From an uncultured bacterium (lineage in GTDB: Bacteria > GCA-001730085), in assembly GCA_964565945.1 (NCBI GenBank), contig CAZMGY010000033.1, forward strand, positions 1-32,000: a DNA stretch of 32,000 bases. Reading direction: 5' to 3'. Position 1 is the stretch's first letter. Each line of letters starts with the position of its first letter. The notes beneath the pieces are model-generated. The model saw only the letters and a list, made by a program, of their open reading frames with translations. It was not told the origin of the DNA and did not search any database. Position numbers and translations under genes: made by a program. Below, one piece after another: positions 1-8,699 of this stretch.

Positions 1-933
1 ATGGAATGCAAAGATTTAGTCTACCAACTTAAATTTGCTCACTTTTTGGCCGCTGTTTTCCACGAACCATTGACATCACACAAAACACGGGAACGTATTT
101 CGCACCACTTTTTGCGCCAAACTAAATATCATTATGGGCACGAAGACCTCAAGGACATCACTTTACACAAAACATATATTTTTATTCTGGGAACATTTTT
201 GAACTCCAACAGTAAAGATATTTGGCAACCACTCCTTGATCAATTAACGAATTACATCTTTGATAAATCTCCAACTGACGGCGCATTCTTCGTCCCTGTT
301 TTAAAGAAAATGTACTTAAACACCGAACGAGCCGACTACCTTCTTAACAAAATAGAGCAATCAGCCGCTGAACCTGAAAAGCAAAAAATATTGCTCTATA
401 TTTTTTCTAACACGCCCAACTTTAACAAAAAGAAAAAGTTATGGATATATCGCTTACCTAAGTTTTTCTATATCCGCTTCGCAGGTTTCTCGGTTTTCTT
501 TCTTATCCTCTTTGCCCTTACCATTTTCACACTTGACTTTACATACCACTCACTCCTACATCTATCGATGACAGTCACCGCATTCATCGTGCCACTTTTT
601 TTCGTCAACCTCATCTCTCTCATTAGTCGTTTTGAAAAAGATATTCAAACAGCTATTTTCGATGACAAAGTGTATCTTTCCGACATCAAAGACCTTCGCC
701 ATATCAACACAAGAAAGCTAAAGCACAAAAAGAGTTACAACAACTTTCTCAAAACCTTCGAAAACTATAACCATTGGAAGAGCAAAACCCATACAAAATC
801 TTTTGTTACCAAGAAAGACAAGCTTTATACAGAATTTATTAAAGCTCAAAAAACCATTCCTGCCGATGCTTCTAAAGCTCAAATTCTTAAATCACAATCC
901 GAGCAAGGTTCCTTCGTTAACAAAGCTGCTTAG
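1..933 (+). CDS. hypothetical membrane protein (may be 5'-truncated by the window edge)
   Basis: 310-aa ORF open from position 1. Two hydrophobic stretches (FAGFSVFFLILFALTIFTL, MTVTAFIVPLFFVNLISLI) suggest TM helices. The C-terminus is Lys-rich. No family recognised. Confidence 0.45.
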   Translation: MECKDLVYQLKFAHFLAAVFHEPLTSHKTRERISHHFLRQTKYHYGHEDLKDITLHKTYIFILGTFLNSNSKDIWQPLLDQLTNYIFDKSPTDGAFFVPVLKKMYLNTERADYLLNKIEQSAAEPEKQKILLYIFSNTPNFNKKKKLWIYRLPKFFYIRFAGFSVFFLILFALTIFTLDFTYHSLLHLSMTVTAFIVPLFFVNLISLISRFEKDIQTAIFDDKVYLSDIKDLRHINTRKLKHKKSYNNFLKTFENYNHWKSKTHTKSFVTKKDKLYTEFIKAQKTIPADASKAQILKSQSEQGSFVNKAA

Positions 934-1009
934 GTCTTTTATTAGTTAAAATTTCGTGATTGATTGACAAGCAAAGACAATTATAGGAGAATAATAGCTT
1001 CATATTGAA

Positions 1010-1086
1010 GGGGGCGTAGCTCAATTGGTTAGAGTCCTTGACTGTCGATCAAGATGTTGCGGGTTCGAGTCCCGTCGCTCCCGCCA
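1010..1086 (+). tRNA. tRNA-Asp (anticodon GUC), CCA encoded
   Basis: Hand-folded 77-nt cloverleaf. Acceptor GGGGGCG/CGCTCCC; D arm GCTC-AATTGGTTA-GAGT; anticodon arm CTTGA-CTGTCGA-TCAAG (GTC at positions 34-36); T arm GCGGG-TTCGAGT-CCCGT; then G-CCA. Confidence 0.9.
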
Positions 1087-1341
1087 AAATTTCTCCATAA
1101 GCAATTTTGATCTGGGACAGATTTCTTATTATCGTTTGCTATGATCTTTCTCCGAAATATCGGACACTTCAGTAAATTAGTAAAATAATAGATTGGAAGA
1201 AAGGCAAATAGAATCAAAAAAGATAAGAAAACAATACTAGGTACAGTTCAAAGATGAAACTTTGCGACTAGCCCCAAAAAAAAAGTGTTAACAAAACAAC
1301 CTCAGATCTAGGATTAGCTCCAAAAATACCTCTATAGCTGA

Positions 1342-1790
1342 CGAGCAAAACAAGAAGTAAATAAAAGAAAAAATCAAACAAATATCTTAGAAACAGTTGT
1401 CACCAAAATAAATGAAAAACTTCAAAAAGAACTGCCTCAACTACAAAGTCAAAAAATAGCCCTTCAAAAAGAATTGGCTGAGAAAATTATGAATCATTGA
1501 ATGGGCATGTTAAATCCTGATACTTCTATTTTTGTTAAAGATAAACTTGATAAATTAGGAGAACAAAGAAAAGAGATCGAAACAGGAATTACTGCATTCA
1601 AAGAAATACTAACAGAAATTGAAGAAGATTCCGTAACCAAAGAATTAGTAGAAATGGCACTACAAAACTTTAATGAACTTTTTGACTCATTAAAACCCTA
1701 GCAAAAGAAAGAATTAATCAACATAATCCTACACAAAAGCTTTATCACAAAGAATAGCCTCAAGGTTGCCAAATATTCACAGTTTGAGAC
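1342..1790 (+). pseudogene. C-terminal remnant of a large serine recombinase-like gene (coiled-coil/C-terminal region only)
   Basis: A single frame reads NILETVVTKINEKLQKELPQLQSQKIALQKELAEKIMNH[TGA]MGMLNPDTSIFVKDKLDKLGEQRKEIE...FDSLKP[TAG]QKKELINIILHKSFITKNSLKV. The heptad-like coiled coil followed by a '..ekkeLi..il.ki.i' tail looks like the C-terminus of large serine recombinases. In-frame stops lie at 1498-1500 and 1699-1701. No catalytic N-terminal domain is present. It lies directly 3' of tRNA-Asp. Confidence 0.4.
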
Positions 1791-1991
1791 CTTCAAATAT
1801 GCAAAAAAAATCCCAAAGCGATATCTCACGTTCTGGGACGTCTATTTGGCTCTCCAAAATAATTTTCATCAACTTCTATTTCTCCATCAAAAAATTTATG
1901 AACTTTTTTTTCTGTCTTACATGCAAAAAGACAACCCCAAGGATGATATAAAATATCAAGGGCATCCTTATCCTCCTTGACATCAACTGGT

Positions 1992-2276
1992 TTAATGGTG
2001 ATCTCCCTCATGATGACGCCCATGATCCATATTAGCCTCAACATACTTTTCCGAGTTTTTATAAAATTCGGGTGCACAACCTTTGCAGCACAAATTATAT
2101 TCCTTCCCCTCATAAGTAACATGATATGCTTCTCCCATAGAACCAATATCCTGACCACTTATGGGACAAACACTATTTCCCACATTCATCGCTTCTTTGG
2201 CAAAAATTTGGGTAGATACTATAGACAGACCCAAAACAAAGCCTACTAATATTATTTTTATATTTCTCATTTCCAC
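1992..2276 (-). CDS. secreted YHS/TRASH-type metal-binding domain protein with His-rich C-terminus
   Basis: 94 aa. N-terminal signal-like segment IKIILVGFVLGLSIVSTQIFA. Core CPISGQDI...YHVTYEGKEYNLCCKGCAPEFYKNSEKY matches the YHS pattern (CP.SG..I...Y.GK.Y.FCC..C...F...P.KY). C-terminal tail DHGRHHEGDHH. Confidence 0.65.
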   Translation of the reverse strand: MEMRNIKIILVGFVLGLSIVSTQIFAKEAMNVGNSVCPISGQDIGSMGEAYHVTYEGKEYNLCCKGCAPEFYKNSEKYVEANMDHGRHHEGDHH

Positions 2277-2778
2277 CGCCTTTTTTGTATCAAGTTTATT
2301 TTCTAACTCATTTCATAACTCTTATCGATCAAATGTTTGGTTTTTTCGAAATCTCCCAGCATTGTCAGAGTGACTTCCAAATCACTAGCGCCATAATTAC
2401 CGACATTACAAACATCACGAATAAATCATCCTTGCCATTCGTATCTACATATTCCTCGGACGTACGCGAATTGACCCGTTCGAAAAGCAAAACATCTTCA
2501 CTGTTTCCTTATTAGATTGCAGCAACGCAAGATTGTTTCCAGAATCAAATCTATTATCATATTTTCTTGGATCAAAAGCCCCCTCCTTTTACAATTAAAC
2601 CCGCAGTAACAGTGTTTTCAAATTTTAAAGAAAAATACGCATTGCGTACTCCCCTTCGGCGAATAATCCTTGGAACAGGGTAAAAAATACTGGCTTTCTC
2701 AACAAGCCATCCAGCATAATCACAAAGCTATCTTCATAAGTCCACCATTCCTTTCCAAGTCACTTTTTGACAACTTTA

Positions 2779-5700
2779 CTAATCAATTACCCCTCTTTCA
2801 GAAAACCACTTATAAATTGCGGGAACTAAAAATAATGTTACACACGTCGAAGTCAATAGTCCTCCAACCACAACAGTCGCTAAAGGTCTTTGCACTTCAC
2901 TTCCCGTTCCTAAAGCAAATAGCATAGGAGCTAATCCCAAAGCTGTCGTTATCGTTGTTATCGTCACTGGACGAAAGACAATACAAGCTCCCTTAAACGA
3001 AGCTTCCTCTACAGAATTACCTTCTTTTTTTAGAATATTCATGGTGGTTAAAAGCACCATCGCATCTTGCAAAGCCACTCCAAATAAGGCAATAAATCCG
3101 ACAGAAGCAGGCACAGAGAGATTTTGCCCAGTCAGTTTAAGCGCGACAAGTCCACCAACCATAGCCAAAGGAAGAACAAGCAAAATGAGTCCAACATTTT
3201 TAAATGAATTGAAGTGTCCAAAAAGAAGCAAACAAACAATCAGTAACGTTACTGGAACAACTAAACGAAGCCTTCTATTCGCCTCTTGTTGCAACTCAAA
3301 CTGTCCTCCCCAATCAATAATATACCCGGCAGGCAATTCCACAGCCTGCTTTAGTGCTTTTTGACTTTCGGAAACAAAAGATCCAATATCTCTTCCGCGA
3401 ACGTTACATTGGACTGCAATAAAACGTTGATTATTTTCCCGGGTTATTTGACGAGGCCCAATGACTTCCTCTATTTTTACCAAATCTTGCAGAGGAACTT
3501 TTGCTCCTGAAGGAGTATCAACTAAAATTTGACTAATTTTTTCTGAACGATCCCTACTTTTTTCGTCATAACGAACATAAATATCAAAACGTCGAACACC
3601 TTCGAATATTTGCCCCGATTTTTCACCACCCACCGCCGTTTTTAAAAGATTTTGCACATCTCCCACATTAATGCCGTAACGAGATAATGCGTTTCTATCA
3701 ATGACCAACCGAAGTTGAGGAGAACCCTCCACTTGATCTGTCTGTACATCTGAAGCCCCTTTAATTGTTCGAATGACAGCTTCAATCTCTGAAGATTTTT
3801 GTTTCAACACTTCCATATCAGACCCAAAAAGTTTAATCGCAAGCTCCGCTTTTGTTCCAGTTAATAACTCATCAACAGCTGCAGCAATGGGCTGGGTAAA
3901 ATTAAATTTTACTCCTGGGAAATGTTCAAAATACTCACTCATCATCGCATAAAGTTTTTCTGGTTTTTTTGTTCTTTTCCATTCTTTAACAGGTTTTAAA
4001 TCCACAAAAGCCTCTCCAGAGTTTACGGGATCAGAATGTGCGCCAACTTCTCCTCGACCCACCCGTGTAACCACTCGGTTAACCTCTGGAAATTCATCAA
4101 GCAAGCGTTGCTCAAAAACCAAGACAGTTTTTTTTGCTTCTTCCAAAGAAATCGACGGGGCCATTGTCAATCTAACCAACAAATCACCTTCGTCAAGCCG
4201 AGGCATAAATTCTGACCCCAAAAAGGGCAAAACAGTCAATCCTATTAAAAATAACCCCAAGCCAACCCAAAGAACTTTTACTCTATTTTTGATACAATAA
4301 GTCAAAGGGAGTTGGTAATATCCCATAATTTTATGAATAAACGCACTTTCTTTTTTTGGATCAGGGTGTTCTTTCCCCCATTTCTTCATAACCAAGCTAG
4401 CCATAACTGGCGCAATAAATAATGAATAAATAAGCGAACCCAACATAGCTAAAGAAACCGTATAAGCCAAAGGCTTAAATGTTTTCCCCTCAACACCCTG
4501 CAATGTCAAAAGTGGAAGAAAAACAACAATAATAATAATAATTGCAAAAGATATCGATCTCACTACCTCAACAACAGCTTTGGAAATTGTTTCAAAGTAA
4601 TGCTGTCCTGCTTTACGCTCTTTCAAAAATCGCTCAACATTTTCGACAATAATAATTGTCCCATCAACCATCATTCCTATAGCAATCGCAATTCCACCCA
4701 AAGACATCAAGTTAGCAGATATACCCAGAACTTTCATCATGATGAACGCAAAACAAATTGAAAACGGTAACGATAAAGCTACAACAATACTTGGCCTAAT
4801 TCCTCCCATAAAAATAAAAATAATCACAGCCACTAAAATCATGCTATTCCTCAATGCTTTATTCACAGTCTGAATACAACGACCCACTAAATCGGCTTGG
4901 TCATAATAAGCAACAGCCTTTACACCAGGGGGCAAGATTTGATTAATCTCTTGAAGTTTATCTTTGACATTTTTAATAACATTAGATGTATTGGTGCCAA
5001 TCAATTTTAAAACCATACCAGCAACAACTTCGCCATCTCCATTCATTGTAGCTAACCCTCTTCGCATTTCTCCACCAATCTCCACATCTGCGACAGACGA
5101 CAAATAAACAGGAATTCCATCAATAGATTTGAGAGTAATCTTTTTTAAATCTTCAATCTTTGTTGCTAATCCAATAGACCGTACCACATATTCTTCTGAA
5201 TTTTTCACAATAAACTGAGCACCAACATTGGCATTGTTAACTTTTATTTTTTCAACAACATCTTCCAAAGAAATATTAAACCTTAGAAGGTCAAAAGGGC
5301 GAACATTCACCTGAAACTGTTTCACTTTTCCCCCAAGCGATAAAACTTCTGTAACCCCTGGAACAGACTGCAAGTTATATTTGATCAACCAATCCTGAAT
5401 TTCGCGCATCTCTTCGGGTGTTTTCTGTCCACTTTCATCTTCAACAAAATAAAAAAGTATCTGCCCAAGACCTGTCGCAATAGGCCCCATTTCGGGATTC
5501 CCAAAACCCTTCGGAATCTCTTCTTTGGCCATTTGCAACCTCTCTCCCACCAACTGTCTTGCAAAGTAGATGTCCGTGCCATCTTCAAAATAAATATTCA
5601 CAACCGAAAGCCCAAAGTTAGATACAGAACGAATTTCTTTAAGCTTAGGAAGCCCATTCATAGCTGTTTCAATAGGGTAGGTCACATATTTTTCCACCTC

Positions 5701-5874
5701 TTCTGGAGCCAAACCCTCTATTTCTACAAAAACTTGAACCAACGAGGGCGTTACATCGGGGAAAGCATCCACGGATAACCTTTGATAACTAAAGTATCCT
5801 GCAAATAAAACAGCTAGACCTAAAAAACATATAAGTAATCGAGCATGTAAAACCGCATGAACAAACTTAAACAT
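2779..5874 (-). CDS. heavy-metal-efflux RND inner-membrane pump (CusA/CzcA family)
   Basis: 1031 aa, with the 12-TM/two-large-loop RND layout. TM4 motif SLGGIAIAIGMMVDGTIIIVEN (nt 4639-4704). Sits in an operon with an adaptor and an outer-membrane factor. Confidence 0.95.
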   Translation of the reverse strand: MFKFVHAVLHARLLICFLGLAVLFAGYFSYQRLSVDAFPDVTPSLVQVFVEIEGLAPEEVEKYVTYPIETAMNGLPKLKEIRSVSNFGLSVVNIYFEDGTDIYFARQLVGERLQMAKEEIPKGFGNPEMGPIATGLGQILFYFVEDESGQKTPEEMREIQDWLIKYNLQSVPGVTEVLSLGGKVKQFQVNVRPFDLLRFNISLEDVVEKIKVNNANVGAQFIVKNSEEYVVRSIGLATKIEDLKKITLKSIDGIPVYLSSVADVEIGGEMRRGLATMNGDGEVVAGMVLKLIGTNTSNVIKNVKDKLQEINQILPPGVKAVAYYDQADLVGRCIQTVNKALRNSMILVAVIIFIFMGGIRPSIVVALSLPFSICFAFIMMKVLGISANLMSLGGIAIAIGMMVDGTIIIVENVERFLKERKAGQHYFETISKAVVEVVRSISFAIIIIIVVFLPLLTLQGVEGKTFKPLAYTVSLAMLGSLIYSLFIAPVMASLVMKKWGKEHPDPKKESAFIHKIMGYYQLPLTYCIKNRVKVLWVGLGLFLIGLTVLPFLGSEFMPRLDEGDLLVRLTMAPSISLEEAKKTVLVFEQRLLDEFPEVNRVVTRVGRGEVGAHSDPVNSGEAFVDLKPVKEWKRTKKPEKLYAMMSEYFEHFPGVKFNFTQPIAAAVDELLTGTKAELAIKLFGSDMEVLKQKSSEIEAVIRTIKGASDVQTDQVEGSPQLRLVIDRNALSRYGINVGDVQNLLKTAVGGEKSGQIFEGVRRFDIYVRYDEKSRDRSEKISQILVDTPSGAKVPLQDLVKIEEVIGPRQITRENNQRFIAVQCNVRGRDIGSFVSESQKALKQAVELPAGYIIDWGGQFELQQEANRRLRLVVPVTLLIVCLLLFGHFNSFKNVGLILLVLPLAMVGGLVALKLTGQNLSVPASVGFIALFGVALQDAMVLLTTMNILKKEGNSVEEASFKGACIVFRPVTITTITTALGLAPMLFALGTGSEVQRPLATVVVGGLLTSTCVTLFLVPAIYKWFSERGVID

Positions 5875-5896
5875 AAACCTTCATCTCCAAACCTAA

Positions 5897-6985
5897 TTAA
5901 TGATTATGACCATCCCCAAAAGCAGCTTTAGACAAATCAGCTTTAAGAATAAATGCCCCGTTAGACACATATTTCTGCTTAATATCCAATCCAGAAATAA
6001 TTTCAACATATTCCTCGTTTTGATGGCCTATTTTGACTGGAACAGGCTTAAAGCCTTCTTCATATTGAATAAAGACACTTAAACGTCCTTCAACAATTTG
6101 TAATGCTTTCTTTGGAATAACAATGTCGGCTCTTTCCTGACCTCCAAATACTTGTGCTTCAACGAACATTCCTGGCCGAAATAACCCTTTTTTATTATCA
6201 ACTTCCACTCTGGCAATAGCTGTCCTTGTCTCTTCAGCAATAATGGGACTCACATAAAAAACTATACCCTTCACATTTGGAAGTTCTTGCTCTGTCAGAA
6301 TAACAACCTCTGATCCTTTTTTAACTGAAGTCAAATCTTTCTGATACACGTTCAAATTAACCCACACAGTATCCAAATTAGCGACAACAAAAGCCACTGA
6401 ACTATCTCCATGAACTTCTCCGATAGTGATATTCTTTTTTAAAACAGTCCCTTCAATTAATGATTTAAGTTCATATGTATTCAAACTATCATTGGCCTCA
6501 ACAAGAGCCATCGTTTCCCCTTGTTGAACATAGTCGCCTTGCTCTTTTAAAACTTTTGTCACAAGCCCCGTAAATCTTGGCGCAATACGAGCTTCTTGGT
6601 TAGCATTTGCAACAACCTCTCCCATCAAAGAAATATAGTTTTGGATACTCCCCGACTTTGCTAATTCCACTTGAATATTAAAGTCTTTTATATCCTTATC
6701 TGATAAACGAACAATATCCTCATGGTCTTCAGACCCTTGAGAGGAATGTTGACCCTCATGCACACTATGATTGTCTCCTTTATGATCATCATCATCGTCA
6801 TGAAATTTTTTTTTGTCACCCACTTTTTGTTTTTTGGATGAGCTATGTTTATCATGGGCAGGCTCTTTATGGTCTTCCTTTTTCCTATATGCCTCATGTC
6901 CTTCATGATCATGCTGACTGTAAATGTTTTCCAAGAATGAAAAGAAAACAAAAAAAACAATATTTATCATAAAAAAAATCTTCAT
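5897..6985 (-). CDS. RND periplasmic adaptor (membrane fusion protein, CusB/CzcB family) with His/Asp-rich N-terminal extension
   Basis: 362 aa. Signal/TM segment at the N-terminus, then about 70 aa rich in H/D/K/E (HDHEGHE...HDDDDDHKGDNHSVHEGQH...EDHED), then a typical beta-barrel/lipoyl adaptor core (ARIAPRFTGLV...GDYVQQGE...). The start overlaps the upstream stop (ATGA at 6982-6985). Confidence 0.9.
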   Translation of the reverse strand: MKIFFMINIVFFVFFSFLENIYSQHDHEGHEAYRKKEDHKEPAHDKHSSSKKQKVGDKKKFHDDDDDHKGDNHSVHEGQHSSQGSEDHEDIVRLSDKDIKDFNIQVELAKSGSIQNYISLMGEVVANANQEARIAPRFTGLVTKVLKEQGDYVQQGETMALVEANDSLNTYELKSLIEGTVLKKNITIGEVHGDSSVAFVVANLDTVWVNLNVYQKDLTSVKKGSEVVILTEQELPNVKGIVFYVSPIIAEETRTAIARVEVDNKKGLFRPGMFVEAQVFGGQERADIVIPKKALQIVEGRLSVFIQYEEGFKPVPVKIGHQNEEYVEIISGLDIKQKYVSNGAFILKADLSKAAFGDGHNH

Positions 6986-8259
6986 CGTAGAGTTCCTTTC
7001 TCATTGCCTTCAAACAAATAAGGATCTTGTCCTATAAAAATCATTAGTTCATTAAACTTTTGAATATATTCCAAAGAATAAGCCCAAACTTCCTCCTGCA
7101 TATCACAATGATTTTTTTCGACATCTAGAACCTCCAAGTAGCTAAATCGTCCTTGTTCATAACCTTGTTTCGCTAATTCCAAGCTTTTGTTCACCATAGG
7201 TCTTATCTCTTTTTTTAACACCTTTATTTTTTGGCTAAGAACACCCAGATAATCGCACTTATCATGAAACTCAACATCAATTTGCGTTTTCAACATTTCT
7301 AAACTTAACCGACTTGCTTCATATTCCGATTTCGCTCTTTGAATATTTCCCTGATTACGATCAAAAATAGGAATTGAAAAAGACAAAGAAGCCACATAAG
7401 CTTTTTCACTTGTTTCATTGAAATTTCGAACACCCCCTCCTAAAACCACGTCTGGCCACCTCTTTCTTTTCTCTAAAGCCAAAATATTTTTTGACTTATC
7501 TTCTTGAAGAATATTTTTCTGATAAATGAAGTTATTTAAGACACTTGCCTCCATTTCTTTTAAAGATTTTACTAATGGAAGATTTTCAATATTTCCTAAA
7601 ACCGTATCAAAATGAACATCTTGATGATTCCACAGAGCCTCTAATTTTCTTTGCTTTGTTTTTAACATCTGAATGTTTTCTAAAATTCCAATCTTATTAT
7701 GTGCATAAACTCCCTCGATACGCATTTTCTCAATTGGAGAAGCTTTTCCCGCAAAAGCTCTTTTTTGTGCTGATTCAAGCATTTCTGCTAGTAGCGCCAC
7801 ACGTTTTTTAGACAATGCAACCTTATTTTGAGCAACTAACACTTGAGCATACAAATTACTTGCCCTTGACAACACTTCCTTTTCAGTTTGAGAACAAGAT
7901 TTTTGAGCAACTTTTATGCCTAACTTGACCCTTTTTTTTTGCAAAGCTCTTTTTCCAAAAAAATCCAGTTTCTGAGACACAGCAAACGTTTTCTCCAAAA
8001 CGTTTGCATCTTTATACGGCCCTTCTCCTCCAAAATTTTCATACCCCATCTCGAATTCAGGATTCCACCATAATCCTTCTTGAATAAGATCTCCTTGATT
8101 ACTCTTAATGTTCAAATGCGCCAACTTCATCTCAATATTTTTTGATTGAACCATTTTTATGACATCTGAAAAAGATAACTCCTTATTCTCAAAAGCGCTT
8201 GCTTCTGGTAGACTTATCGCAAAGACAGTGCACATAATGGTCGCTATAACACGATACAT
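6982..8259 (-). CDS. outer-membrane efflux factor (TolC/CusC/CzcC family)
   Basis: 425 aa with a signal peptide (VIATIMCTVFAISLPEASA). Long alpha-helical repeat composition typical of OMF proteins. Translationally coupled to the adaptor gene. Confidence 0.85.
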   Translation of the reverse strand: MYRVIATIMCTVFAISLPEASAFENKELSFSDVIKMVQSKNIEMKLAHLNIKSNQGDLIQEGLWWNPEFEMGYENFGGEGPYKDANVLEKTFAVSQKLDFFGKRALQKKRVKLGIKVAQKSCSQTEKEVLSRASNLYAQVLVAQNKVALSKKRVALLAEMLESAQKRAFAGKASPIEKMRIEGVYAHNKIGILENIQMLKTKQRKLEALWNHQDVHFDTVLGNIENLPLVKSLKEMEASVLNNFIYQKNILQEDKSKNILALEKRKRWPDVVLGGGVRNFNETSEKAYVASLSFSIPIFDRNQGNIQRAKSEYEASRLSLEMLKTQIDVEFHDKCDYLGVLSQKIKVLKKEIRPMVNKSLELAKQGYEQGRFSYLEVLDVEKNHCDMQEEVWAYSLEYIQKFNELMIFIGQDPYLFEGNEKGTLR

Positions 8260-8318
8260 AACAAACTCCTTATGTCAATTAACTCAATATTTAATTTTAT
8301 ATTGATGGGGTGTATTTA

Positions 8319-8585
8319 TTAGATAAAAACTTGGGGAGGATGAGAAATTTTTTTAACAAAGAGCAACGTTAAAGCTTCTTCAGAAGACAAAAATAAATAA
8401 GAAGATACCCTTTGAACAGGAACCTTAACTTGAACCTCTTTTACTTCATAGATACAGGAATGTTGCTGACAATCAACCATACAATGATGAGCAGAAGAGC
8501 CCCTATCTTCAGAATCACTATGCCCCATATTCGGAACAAAGAGACATAAAAAAAACACGACTAAACAGCTTGATACAATCCTCAT
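8319..8585 (-). CDS. small secreted Cys/His-containing protein, first gene of the efflux operon (CzcI-like position; function unknown)
   Basis: 88-aa ORF. Hydrophobic N-terminus IVSSCLVVFFLCLFVP followed by SAHHCMVDCQQHSC. Lies 59 nt upstream of the OMF gene on the same strand. No family recognised. Confidence 0.4.
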   Translation of the reverse strand: MRIVSSCLVVFFLCLFVPNMGHSDSEDRGSSAHHCMVDCQQHSCIYEVKEVQVKVPVQRVSSYLFLSSEEALTLLFVKKISHPPQVFI

Positions 8586-8593
8586 AGCTCGAG

Positions 8594-8622
8594 ATTATAC
8601 ACTTAGTCCCTAGATTTTTCAA
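8594..8622 (-). promoter_or_regulatory. sigma70-like promoter, TTGAAA-17 nt-TATAAT
   Basis: On the minus strand, -35 TTGAAA is at 8622-8617 and -10 TATAAT at 8599-8594, with an exact 17-nt spacer. The -10 ends only 8 nt before the ATG at 8585. Confidence 0.35.
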
Positions 8623-8699
8623 GAACTTTTGTCAATGCAAATTGTTTTAACCAAACTTAGAAATAAATCAAACACATGCTGTTCACGTCCGACAATATA

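Noticed and set aside
964-1009. Promoter for tRNA-Asp (TTGACA at 964-969).
   Set aside because: The -35 is perfect, but the best -10 at 17-nt spacing is only GAGAAT. This is too weak to call with confidence.
1029-1217. 62-aa ORF antisense to tRNA-Asp.
   Set aside because: It overlaps the tRNA gene. It has low complexity and no supporting signals.
1826-2158. 110-aa minus-strand ORF with an EIEVDENYFGE motif as an IS1595-family transposase gene.
   Set aside because: Only about 20 aa resemble the family motif. The 5' two-thirds overlap the better-supported YHS gene in another frame, and the opposite strand is also open here. I mention it in a finding but do not call it as a feature.
3041-5778. 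Antisense or alternative-frame ORFs within the RND pump gene (3041..3364, 5385..5588, 5533..5778). Similar ones occur inside the gspE, MATE, pyrH, tsf and GT genes.
   Set aside because: Each is fully embedded in a strongly supported long CDS. Their composition is typical of shadow ORFs and they carry no independent signals.
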